NCBI GenBank assembly: GCA_029863605.1 | Contig: JAOTVB010000012.1 | Span: forward strand, 8,900 to 72,899 | Reading direction: 5' to 3' | DNA: 64,000 nucleotides | From: Myxococcales bacterium | GTDB taxonomy: Bacteria > Myxococcota_A > Polyangia > Polyangiales > Houyiibacteriaceae | Shown here: in pieces, positions 30,882-39,157 of the stretch | How the letters are laid out: the number at the start of each line of letters is the position of its first letter | Position numbering within the stretch: the first letter of the stretch is position 1 | Made by a program: the position numbers and the translations under genes | Notes under the pieces: generated by a model | Seen by the model: the letters and a program-made list of their open reading frames with translations, nothing else | Database searches by the model: none | Told to the model about the DNA's origin: nothing

Positions 30882-31078
30882 GATGATACTTATATTACAC
30901 TTTTCCGCTGGATACGGCCAAGGGGACACTGGACCTTTTCGAGATGGAGACGCTAGCAATCGGCTTGCCTGCCTGTCAAACGAACGGTTTTCCTCGATTT
31001 CCGCTCCGGTCGGAATGTCGGGCCGGAACCCCGCCGGCATGGCGATTTGTGATTTGATTTACAGCAGATTTTACCGTT

Positions 31079-32827
31079 ATGATTGGAATCATGGCAGGGC
31101 TCGAGAACTTTCTCCACTACCTCGAAAGAGGGGATGTCAGCGAAATCGTCTTTCAAAGCGGGGCAACGGCCGCGGCGAAGCGAAAAGGCAGGCTTCAGCC
31201 GGTCACCCGAGAGCCGCTGACCGCCCAGCACATTCTCAAATTGATCGAACAGACGCCGTTGCAGGACCTACTCCCCAAGGAGGACGGAGCGAGTGCGCCA
31301 ACGGCGGCTCGAATCAATGGAAGCAAGTACGTCGCGACGGTCGCTCGATCTGGAGCGATGCTGTTGCTGCGGGTCTGGCTTCCCGACCGCTTATCCGACC
31401 CCCCGGCCGCGCCAGAGCCCGAAACCGAGTCGACGAAAGTGCCCATCGCAGCGATTCGCCCGGCCAATGGTCAGTGGACGTCGGCGAGACCGCCCGGGCT
31501 TCTCATCGAGCCGTCGCAGGCTCCACCAGAGATACGCTCCGCGCCGCCACCTCCACGCATCCCGTCTCATCGTCCGCCGCCCGTCGCGGTTCAGTATCCA
31601 AACGCTCGGAGCGTAATACCGAGACACTCATATCGCCCGCCACCCGAGGCCTCTCCACTGGCGGAGTTCGTGCCTGCGGATGTGCCGGTGTCTGCGCCTC
31701 CGGCGCTTTGCAAGCTATTGATGCAGGCCCGCGCCGAATCCGCGAGCGACGTGCACATCATGTCCGGTGAACCGGTGCGGTTTCGGTGCAATGGTTTTCT
31801 GGTCTCGCGAGGTGGTGCCTTGGGCGACGACCAGGCGCGCGCTCTGCTGACACCGCTGCTCGACCAGCGAAATGCGCAACAGTTCGAGGAGCTCGGCTAC
31901 GCGGACTTCGCCTGCCAGATCGAAGGCGCTGGTCGCTTTCGAGTCAACGCCAACAAACAGCGGACTGGGATGAAAGGGTGCTTTCGACTGATCATGAATG
32001 AACCGCCGACCATCGACTCTCTCGGCTTGCCGCAAGAGCTGAGGCAAATGCTCGACTACCATCAGGGGCTGGTGGTCGTCTCCGGTCCGAGCGGGGCGGG
32101 CAAGACGACGACTCTCGCCGCACTCGTCGACCTGTTCAACGATGAGCGCCCGGTTCACGTCATTACGGTCGAGGACCCTGTCGAGATCATTCATCCGATC
32201 AAGAAGGCGATCATCAGTCAGCGCGAGGTCGGCGCTCACACCAAGAGCTTCCACGCGGCGCTCAAAGGATCCCTACGCGAGGACCCCGACGTGATCGCCA
32301 TCGGTGAGCTGCGGGACTGCGAGACCGTCGAGAAGGCGCTCGAAGCGTCCGAGACGGGCCACCTGGTGTTTGCCACGATGAGCACACCTTCAGGCGCGAC
32401 CACGATCGACCGGTTGATCGACATGTTTCCGCCCGACGATCAGTCGCAGGTGCGCGCGACCCTCGCGGGTGCGCTCAAGTTCGTCGTCAGCCAGCGTCTG
32501 GTCCCAAGAAGAGACGGGCACGGCCGTGTGGTTGCGGTCGAGCTCTTGACCGGAAACATGGCGTTGTGGTCGCTCATCCGCGACGACAAGCTGTTCCAGT
32601 TGCCCAGCCTTCTTCAGCGCGGGCGCGCTTTTGGGATGATCCGCATCGAAGACTCGCTCAACGAGCTGCTCGCCGCCGGCGCGATCACCGAAGAAGTCGC
32701 GAAGGCCTACGCGGACGATCCCCGGGTCATCGGGGCCGCGACGCCAGTGCCTCAGCCCACGTCGCAAGACCTAGAGCGAGCCCGAAAAGGTACCCGGCGG
32801 AACCTGTTTTCGAGGAAGGACAAGTGA
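31079..32827 (+). CDS. PilT/PilU-family secretion ATPase with a duplicated N-terminal domain and a Pro-rich linker
   Basis: Walker A GPSGAGKTTT, VITVEDPVE, IAIGELRD and His-box FATMSTPS. 582 aa, against about 350 aa for a canonical PilT. Confidence 0.85.
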   Translation: MIGIMAGLENFLHYLERGDVSEIVFQSGATAAAKRKGRLQPVTREPLTAQHILKLIEQTPLQDLLPKEDGASAPTAARINGSKYVATVARSGAMLLLRVWLPDRLSDPPAAPEPETESTKVPIAAIRPANGQWTSARPPGLLIEPSQAPPEIRSAPPPPRIPSHRPPPVAVQYPNARSVIPRHSYRPPPEASPLAEFVPADVPVSAPPALCKLLMQARAESASDVHIMSGEPVRFRCNGFLVSRGGALGDDQARALLTPLLDQRNAQQFEELGYADFACQIEGAGRFRVNANKQRTGMKGCFRLIMNEPPTIDSLGLPQELRQMLDYHQGLVVVSGPSGAGKTTTLAALVDLFNDERPVHVITVEDPVEIIHPIKKAIISQREVGAHTKSFHAALKGSLREDPDVIAIGELRDCETVEKALEASETGHLVFATMSTPSGATTIDRLIDMFPPDDQSQVRATLAGALKFVVSQRLVPRRDGHGRVVAVELLTGNMALWSLIRDDKLFQLPSLLQRGRAFGMIRIEDSLNELLAAGAITEEVAKAYADDPRVIGAATPVPQPTSQDLERARKGTRRNLFSRKDK

Positions 32828-32830
32828 ATC

Positions 32831-33907
32831 ATGCCGGCGCTCGATCGATACTTTGATGTGCTTCTCGACCGCGGTGGGTCCGATCTCCACCTCGCGGTAG
32901 GCTATCCACCCACGATTCGCGTGAAGGGAGAGCTGGTCGCGATCGCGCGTCAAGCGCTGGATCGACCGACTATCACTCGTCTAATGGACGAGCTGCTGGA
33001 CCAAGATCGGCTCGAGTACTTTCACGCATATCACGATCTCGACTTTGCATACGGCTACGAAGACAAGGCGCGCTTTCGCGCAAACTACCTCTACAAGACG
33101 ACGGGTCCGGGGGCCGTTTTTCGAACCATTCCAAGCGAAATTTTGACGACCGAGCAGTTGGGGCTGCCCGGGGCCGTCGTGGGGCTCGCGGATAGGAGGG
33201 CGGGCTTGGTGCTCGTCACCGGACCGACTGGCAGCGGAAAGAGCACGACGCTTGCCGCCATGCTCGACTACATCAATCGTAAGCGCGAGGGGCACATTCT
33301 CACGATCGAAGATCCGGTCGAGTTCGTGCATCGACCGCGCAAGTGCCAGATCACCCACCGCGAGGTCGGAGTGCACACACCGAGCTTCGCCGACGCGATT
33401 CGAAGCGCCGGTCGGGAGAACGCCGACGTGATCCTGGTGGGCGAGCTGCGAGGGCGAGAGACCATGAAGATGGCCCTTCAGCTGGCGAGCTTTGGGGTAT
33501 TGATCTTCGCGACGGTTCACACCAATTCGGCGCCCGCGACGATCGACCGTTTCGTCAACGCGTTCCCCGCGAGTCAACAGCCTCAGATCCGCGGCATGCT
33601 CGCAGAATCTCTGGCGGGTATCGTGGCCCAACAACTACTGAGGAGAGCCGACGGGAGCGGGCGTATCGCGGCCCAGGAGATCCTCATAGGCACGTCGGGA
33701 GTCTCCTCGGCGATTCGCGAGGCCAAGACGACCATGCTGCAGAGCTTGATCCAAAGCGGCGGGAGCTACGGCATGCAGAGCATCGACGCAGTGCTCGCCC
33801 GACTGGTCGCCGAGGGCACCGTCACCGCGCAGGACGCGGTCGAGAAGGCTGCCGACAAGGAGACTTTCGCAAGGATCCCAGCGGTCGCCAAGGCGCTCGC
33901 GGGCTAA
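32831..33907 (+). CDS. pilT: type IV pilus retraction ATPase PilT
   Basis: GPTGSGKSTT, TIEDPVEF, LVGELRGRET and FATVHTNSA motifs. 358 aa. Confidence 0.9.
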   Translation: MPALDRYFDVLLDRGGSDLHLAVGYPPTIRVKGELVAIARQALDRPTITRLMDELLDQDRLEYFHAYHDLDFAYGYEDKARFRANYLYKTTGPGAVFRTIPSEILTTEQLGLPGAVVGLADRRAGLVLVTGPTGSGKSTTLAAMLDYINRKREGHILTIEDPVEFVHRPRKCQITHREVGVHTPSFADAIRSAGRENADVILVGELRGRETMKMALQLASFGVLIFATVHTNSAPATIDRFVNAFPASQQPQIRGMLAESLAGIVAQQLLRRADGSGRIAAQEILIGTSGVSSAIREAKTTMLQSLIQSGGSYGMQSIDAVLARLVAEGTVTAQDAVEKAADKETFARIPAVAKALAG

Positions 33908-33927
33908 GCACTCGCGCTGCGTCAACC

Positions 33928-34060
33928 GGTGACTCGGGCCGCGGCACGGGACAGGCGTGCTCGCGATGGGGCCCGGTCGCCCTTGGCGACAAGTACGGAT
34001 CTTGACGCGGGCTCCTCCCCATCGCTGTGCTGCCCATCCCGCGTCGCGGCCCGAGTCACC
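33928..34060. repeat. 133-bp imperfect inverted repeat (44-nt arms, 45-nt centre)
   Basis: The outer 16 nt, GGTGACTCGGGCCGCG (33928-33943), are the perfect reverse complement of 34045-34060. The inner arms match at 18 of 28 positions, including a terminal GCGATGGGG/CCCCATCGC pairing. It lies in the 289-bp gap between convergent pilT and the kinase-like gene. Confidence 0.6.
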
Positions 34061-34196
34061 TGCTCCTCGAGAACAGTGCCAGTGCCAACATCTCGTGCGC
34101 AGCCGACGGGCCCGTCATTCGGTTCGCCTTGGGCGATCGCGTGGGAGTACCGGCGTGCCGTGCGCCGCACCCCGGGTCACCGGTATCAAGCGCGCG

Positions 34197-36038
34197 CTAC
34201 TTCACGTCGAAGTTATACCGCGCGCCCATTCTCGGGGCCCCGAAGGTCGGAAAGCGCACGCTGGCGATCTCTTGGCCCATGCACGTCTGAAACCCGGTTT
34301 CGCCTCCGCGTACGGTGGCGCCGAGGACCGAGCCGTTTCCAGCGATGGCCAGGTCGACTTTCACGTTGCCGAGCTGAGTGCCGCTATTGACCTCGGGGAT
34401 CACACACTTGCGATAGAAGCGGTTCAGGTTGCGGTTCATCACGCTGGCCACCTGTGCGCCGGTGAGTCGGCCCTCTCCACCGCCCTGTGAGGCGTCTCCG
34501 ATTTCGACCGCCCGACTCATCGCCTCATCGTAACTCGCCAACCCACCCTTGCTCCGCGCGGCAGCCGGGGCAGAGCCGGAGCCTCTCTTGCGGCGTCGAA
34601 CCGGCCGATCTGGGAGCAAGCCCGCTTCGCCGGTAGGGATGTCACCGAGTTTGAAGAGATCGTCGAGCGCGGTCGAAGACGCCTCCCGAACGTCACTCGA
34701 GCGCGACATCAGGAAGCCACCAACCGAAATCGCGATGACCCCGACTAGAGAAGCCGCTATCAGCCACTTGGCGGCCGACGAACGCTTCTCCGATTTCCGC
34801 GCGTAGACCCTTGCAGCATGCTCTGCTGCCACGGCGTCCTGATGCTCCCGCTGCAGAATGAATTCGCGGAACTCCGGCCACTCTCGAAGCGGCCTTCGTT
34901 CGCCGATATCCAAGTTGAGCGTAGGGTCGTCTCCCGAGAATCCGCCGACATTCAATCGCTCGATGAGCTCGCGTGCGTTGAACGGTCCGTGGTCCATCCT
35001 GTCTCGGGCCACCATCCAGCGTTGCTTCGGGTCCGACGAGAGCTCTTCCAATATGGTCTTGAGGTCTCGTTTCGGCGGTGGCGGCGGAGCCAGCGGAGCT
35101 TGCGGAACGAGCGAAAACACCGGAATGTCCATCTCCGGCGGGGGCAGCACGGAGCCGAGGTCGATGTCCATCGCCATCACGTTCTCCGAAGGTGGTGGCG
35201 GCATCGAGTTGGCTAGCTGCACGAATGGCGTCAGCGCGTTGAGCACGGCCTCGGGCGACTCGAACCGGTCTTTTGGGTCGGGCGCCAGGCACCGGAACAG
35301 AATGCCGTCTAGCTCAGGCGGGATGTCTTGTCTCACGTGTGAGGGCGCGACGAAGCTCTCGTCGGGCGAGCGCGTCGTCAGTAGCTCGTAGAGAATCGCG
35401 CCAACGCCGAAGACGTCGCTCCGCGCCGTAGCCGGTTCGCCATTCTTGACCTCTGGGGCGAGGCACGCATGGTCGCTATCTTGGAAGGCGCTCGGTCCCG
35501 CCGCCTCGAGTAAGACCCGTCCGACGCCGAAGTCGCGCACCTTCACTCGGCCGCCACGCGTGACCCACACGACGCTCGGGCGAAGGGTCCCGTGCGGCCC
35601 TTTGTCGTGAGCGTAGCTCAGCGCACTACACAGATGTGCGACCACGTTACAAATCCCCCGCAGCGAAAGAGGCTCACCTTGGCGATCGCGTTCCTGGATG
35701 AACTCGGAGAGTCGAGTCCCGTCGATCCACTCTCCCGCGATGAAATGCTCTCCCTTGTCCGTGCGACCCACGCCGAACATCTTAGCGATGTTGCGATGGG
35801 ATAGGGCGGCCGCCATCCGGCAGGCCTCCCGAAAATCGGAGACGGCTTGCGGCGGCACCAGGTCGGGCCGAAGCACGTGGACGAGAATCTCGCGCTTGGT
35901 TTGACGATCCTTCGCGGACCACACCACGGCCTGCGGGTCTTCGTCGATCCGATCGACGACCTCGAACCTTCCCCCTACCACGGCTCCCGGTTGTAATCCC
36001 GAGAGCTCGGGCGCTGTCGATGCGATCCCCTCCGGCAT
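34197..36038 (-). CDS. Ser/Thr protein kinase-like protein (predicted pseudokinase) with a GYF-like domain, a TM segment and a periplasmic C-terminal domain
   Basis: Kinase fold with DFG and APE present. The VAIK Lys is His (ILVHVL), HRDLKPxN reads HGTLRPSV, and there is no G-loop. A GYF-like RWMVARDRMDHGPFNARELIERL follows, then TM AAKWLIAASLVGVIAISVGGFLM. Confidence 0.8.
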   Translation of the reverse strand: MPEGIASTAPELSGLQPGAVVGGRFEVVDRIDEDPQAVVWSAKDRQTKREILVHVLRPDLVPPQAVSDFREACRMAAALSHRNIAKMFGVGRTDKGEHFIAGEWIDGTRLSEFIQERDRQGEPLSLRGICNVVAHLCSALSYAHDKGPHGTLRPSVVWVTRGGRVKVRDFGVGRVLLEAAGPSAFQDSDHACLAPEVKNGEPATARSDVFGVGAILYELLTTRSPDESFVAPSHVRQDIPPELDGILFRCLAPDPKDRFESPEAVLNALTPFVQLANSMPPPPSENVMAMDIDLGSVLPPPEMDIPVFSLVPQAPLAPPPPPKRDLKTILEELSSDPKQRWMVARDRMDHGPFNARELIERLNVGGFSGDDPTLNLDIGERRPLREWPEFREFILQREHQDAVAAEHAARVYARKSEKRSSAAKWLIAASLVGVIAISVGGFLMSRSSDVREASSTALDDLFKLGDIPTGEAGLLPDRPVRRRKRGSGSAPAAARSKGGLASYDEAMSRAVEIGDASQGGGEGRLTGAQVASVMNRNLNRFYRKCVIPEVNSGTQLGNVKVDLAIAGNGSVLGATVRGGETGFQTCMGQEIASVRFPTFGAPRMGARYNFDVK

Positions 36039-36074
36039 CTACCGTTCCAACATAGACGACGCGCCGGCCGGGAT

Positions 36075-37757
36075 TCAACTTCGCGGGACCGCTCCTTCGT
36101 TTTCGGCCAGCTCGACACTGAGCTCTCGTTCGCGCAAAACCGCACCGGCCATCGAGTCGATGACATCCTTTGCGCGCTCCTCTGGCACATCGACCAACGA
36201 GTGCGTGTTGCGCACCCGTATGCGGCCGATTTCTCTGCGTTTTAAGCCGGTGCGTTCCCGCAGCAGGCGCCCCAACTCCGAGGCCTTCAAATCGTCGCTC
36301 TTGCCTACGTTGACGTACAGCGTCGCCGTCGGGGGTGCCTCGGCCTCCGGTGTAAGGGGCTCCTCAGACTCGGGGTCCCGGGGCGCAGGCGGAGTCGTAG
36401 CTCGTCGACCGCGTCGCCGCTGCTTGGCCGCGACTTCGTCGATGTCCTCGGTGTCGGGGCCAAAAAACGCACCAAGAAGCCCGGCGAGCATCCGCTCTGC
36501 GTCGGGATGTGTAATTAGACGACGCGCGAGGGCGAGCGCTCGTTCGTTCGGAGGATTTGGATAGGCGAGGTCGATCATGGCGATCCGATCGGCTTCGCGT
36601 CGCGTCTTCGCCTCACCCTCGCTCGGTAGCGTGCGTTCGACCGGTAGGATCCCGTACTGGAGCCGCAGATAGTAGAGGACCCCGAGCTCGTTGGGGCCGA
36701 CGAGCGAGATTGCGGTACCCGTGCGCCCGGCACGCCCCGTGCGACCGGTGCGGTGAACGTACTGCTCCACGTTCTCGGGCAAGTGGAAGTTGATGACATG
36801 GGTGAGGTGCGACACGTCGATTCCGCGTGCGGCTACGTCGGTGGCGACAAGGAATCGGACCTCGTTTCGCCGCGTTTGCGCGAGTACCTGCTCCCTTTCT
36901 CGCTGTGGGCGGTCGCCGTTCAACCATTCGGCGTTGAACCCAGCACGCTTCAACGCCGCGGAAACCTCCTCCGTCTCCGCCTTGGTGTTGCAAAAGATCA
37001 GCGCGCTTTCCGGGTTCTCGATCTCCAAGATGGAAATGAGGTTTCCTACGCGGCCCATCCCGCTGAGCATGTAAACGAAATGCTCGATCCCGAGCGCTCC
37101 AACGTGATCTCCGGAAAGCCCCAGGAAAACGGGGTCGCGCATGTGCTTTTCGGCCACGCGCTTGATCGCACGGTCCACCGTTGCTGAAAAAAGTAGGGTT
37201 TGGCGATTGCTCGGGAGCCTCTCGATGATCGCGTTGAGCTCCTTCGCAAACCCCATCGACAGCATTTCGTCTGCTTCGTCCAGCACCAACACGCGAAGGC
37301 GCGAAGCAGCGATGGTCCCACGCTTGAGATGATCCAGCACGCGGCCAGGAGTTCCGCTGATGACACGCGCGCCCTTCTTGAGTGCGCTGACTTGGCGTTC
37401 CATCGAAGCGCCCCCGTAGACGGCGACGGTCTCGATGCCACGCCGTGCGCCGAGCTTCGCAATCTCGCGCGCGCTTTGGAGCGCTAGCTCTCGTGTTGGC
37501 GCAAGTACGAGTGCCTGCTCGTCCCCGCCGATCGACATGAGCTTGTCGACGAGCGGGATACCGAACGCGCCGGTCTTTCCCGTTCCGGTGCGAGCCTGGA
37601 CAATGACGTCGTTGCCGTCGACGATCAGTGAATAGGAATCACGTTGTACCGGCGTAGGCGTTTCCCACCCGAGGTCTGCTAAAGCCTTGAGCACGTCGTC
37701 ATGCAAGCCAAGGTCTTCGAAGGTCTGCGGGTCGTTCGCGGCGGGCGCCTCGTTCAT
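36075..37757 (-). CDS. deaD: DEAD-box ATP-dependent RNA helicase with a DbpA-type C-terminal RNA-binding domain
   Basis: AQARTGTGKTGAF, VLDEADEML, SAT and HRTGRTGRAG motifs. Confidence 0.9.
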   Translation of the reverse strand: MNEAPAANDPQTFEDLGLHDDVLKALADLGWETPTPVQRDSYSLIVDGNDVIVQARTGTGKTGAFGIPLVDKLMSIGGDEQALVLAPTRELALQSAREIAKLGARRGIETVAVYGGASMERQVSALKKGARVISGTPGRVLDHLKRGTIAASRLRVLVLDEADEMLSMGFAKELNAIIERLPSNRQTLLFSATVDRAIKRVAEKHMRDPVFLGLSGDHVGALGIEHFVYMLSGMGRVGNLISILEIENPESALIFCNTKAETEEVSAALKRAGFNAEWLNGDRPQREREQVLAQTRRNEVRFLVATDVAARGIDVSHLTHVINFHLPENVEQYVHRTGRTGRAGRTGTAISLVGPNELGVLYYLRLQYGILPVERTLPSEGEAKTRREADRIAMIDLAYPNPPNERALALARRLITHPDAERMLAGLLGAFFGPDTEDIDEVAAKQRRRGRRATTPPAPRDPESEEPLTPEAEAPPTATLYVNVGKSDDLKASELGRLLRERTGLKRREIGRIRVRNTHSLVDVPEERAKDVIDSMAGAVLRERELSVELAENEGAVPRS

Positions 37758-38209
37758 AGAGCGGGTTCCGTTTCGTTAGTGGGTGCCTGGCCCGGTGTCG
37801 AGCCCAAGGTGTCGGCCACTTGGTTTGCAAGCGGCGCGTCCTCGCGCATGTATCGTTGAAGGTTGAGCTCGACCCGGTGGCGGTACTTGTTGAGAAGGTG
37901 CACTTTGTCTTCGTCGCATCGATTGAGGAGCGCGTTCAGGCGGAGGTCCCAGGATTCGAGCGTCTCCCCGAGCGCTTCTGCATCGACGACATTACTCGAA
38001 AGGCAATCGAGGCGCACTTGGTCGAGCTCGTCGTGGAGGATTCGGAGCCCGTCGGCGCAATCTACGTCGAAAGTGTCATCGCGCTCAGGCCAGAAGACCT
38101 GCGGAATGACGGACGCGAAACCTACGATGACCAGATAGGAGAGGGCAATCGTGTAGATGCCTATCACCAACCTGCGGCCAAGACGGCCCCGCTGTTCTTT
38201 TGGCGGCAA
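37754..38209 (-). CDS. hypothetical single-TM protein
   Basis: 151 aa with an N-terminal TM (LVIGIYTIALSYLVIVGFASVI). Its stop overlaps the helicase start (ATGA), suggesting translational coupling. Confidence 0.5.
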   Translation of the reverse strand: MPPKEQRGRLGRRLVIGIYTIALSYLVIVGFASVIPQVFWPERDDTFDVDCADGLRILHDELDQVRLDCLSSNVVDAEALGETLESWDLRLNALLNRCDEDKVHLLNKYRHRVELNLQRYMREDAPLANQVADTLGSTPGQAPTNETEPAL

Positions 38210-38276
38210 AGAATCTCCTCAATGAACCCGAGCTCGCGTGAAAGCGGTCTGTTTGTACAGACCCCCCAGAGATCGG

Positions 38277-38417
38277 TCAAGACGGCGGGTCTTGGCCCCG
38301 CTCTCGCTTCTCGCGGCGCCTCCCCCAGTAGAACAGTCCGGCCCCCACGCCGATGGTGAGAGCCACGACTGCTCCACACATGACGTACCAGAGCAGATAG
38401 GTGAGGCCGCTGCCCAT
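38277..38417 (-). CDS. candidate 46-aa single-TM small protein (below the ORF-track cut-off)
   Basis: ATG 38417 lies 4 nt after the response-regulator stop. Product MGSGLTYLLWYVMCGAVVALTIGVGAGLFYWGRRREKRERGQDPPS has a hydrophobic helix followed by a basic tail. Confidence 0.3.
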   Translation of the reverse strand: MGSGLTYLLWYVMCGAVVALTIGVGAGLFYWGRRREKRERGQDPPS

Positions 38418-38421
38418 TTGC

Positions 38422-39129
38422 TCAACAAACGAGCTTGTAGCCCACCCCGTAAACCGTGAGGATATGAACCGGACGGTCGGGCTTGGGCTCGATTTTTCGG
38501 CGCAACTTGACGATGAAGTTATCGACCGTGCGATTGTTCGGACCGGCTTCGAGGCCCCAGATCTTCTCGAGTATTTCGTCGCGAGACACCGGCTCGCCCT
38601 CTCGCTCCCACAAGAACTTCAGAAGCTCGACCTCGTAGAACGACAAGTGCATGGTATTCGTTCCGCTCGTCAGGGTCTGCGACCCCGTTTCGATGTTGAC
38701 GTCGCCGATCCGTATCTCGGCCTGAGAGGGGCGAATCGGGCGCCCAGATCGCCGGAAGAGTGCGCGGATTCGTGCGACCAGCTCGCCGATGGAGAAAGGT
38801 TTCGTCACGTAGTCGTCGGCCCCAGCCTCAAGACCCCGAATCTTGTCCGACTCCTGACTTCGGGCGGTGAGCATGAGAATCGGAACGAGAGGATCGTTGC
38901 GGCGGATCGTTTGGCATACGTGGTAACCGTTCATGTCCGGCAGCATGAGATCCAAAATGACGCAGTCGATGTCTTCCGATGCGGCCAGCTCGACGGCCTT
39001 CTCGCCCTTTGCCGTATGCACGACTCGGTATCCCTCGAACCGCAGTGAATCCGAGAGGCCTAGCGCGAGCGCGGGATCGTCCTCAACGAGCAAAATGCCG
39101 CGTCCATCGTCCGACATCGGAAGCACCAT
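38422..39129 (-). CDS. OmpR-family response regulator
   Basis: Receiver domain (LLVEDD...VILDLMLPDMNG) plus a winged-helix C-terminus (LTVYGVGYKL). Confidence 0.92.
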   Translation of the reverse strand: MVLPMSDDGRGILLVEDDPALALGLSDSLRFEGYRVVHTAKGEKAVELAASEDIDCVILDLMLPDMNGYHVCQTIRRNDPLVPILMLTARSQESDKIRGLEAGADDYVTKPFSIGELVARIRALFRRSGRPIRPSQAEIRIGDVNIETGSQTLTSGTNTMHLSFYEVELLKFLWEREGEPVSRDEILEKIWGLEAGPNNRTVDNFIVKLRRKIEPKPDRPVHILTVYGVGYKLVC

Positions 39130-39157
39130 AACACCTTCCGTGCGCCGAGGCCGCTAG

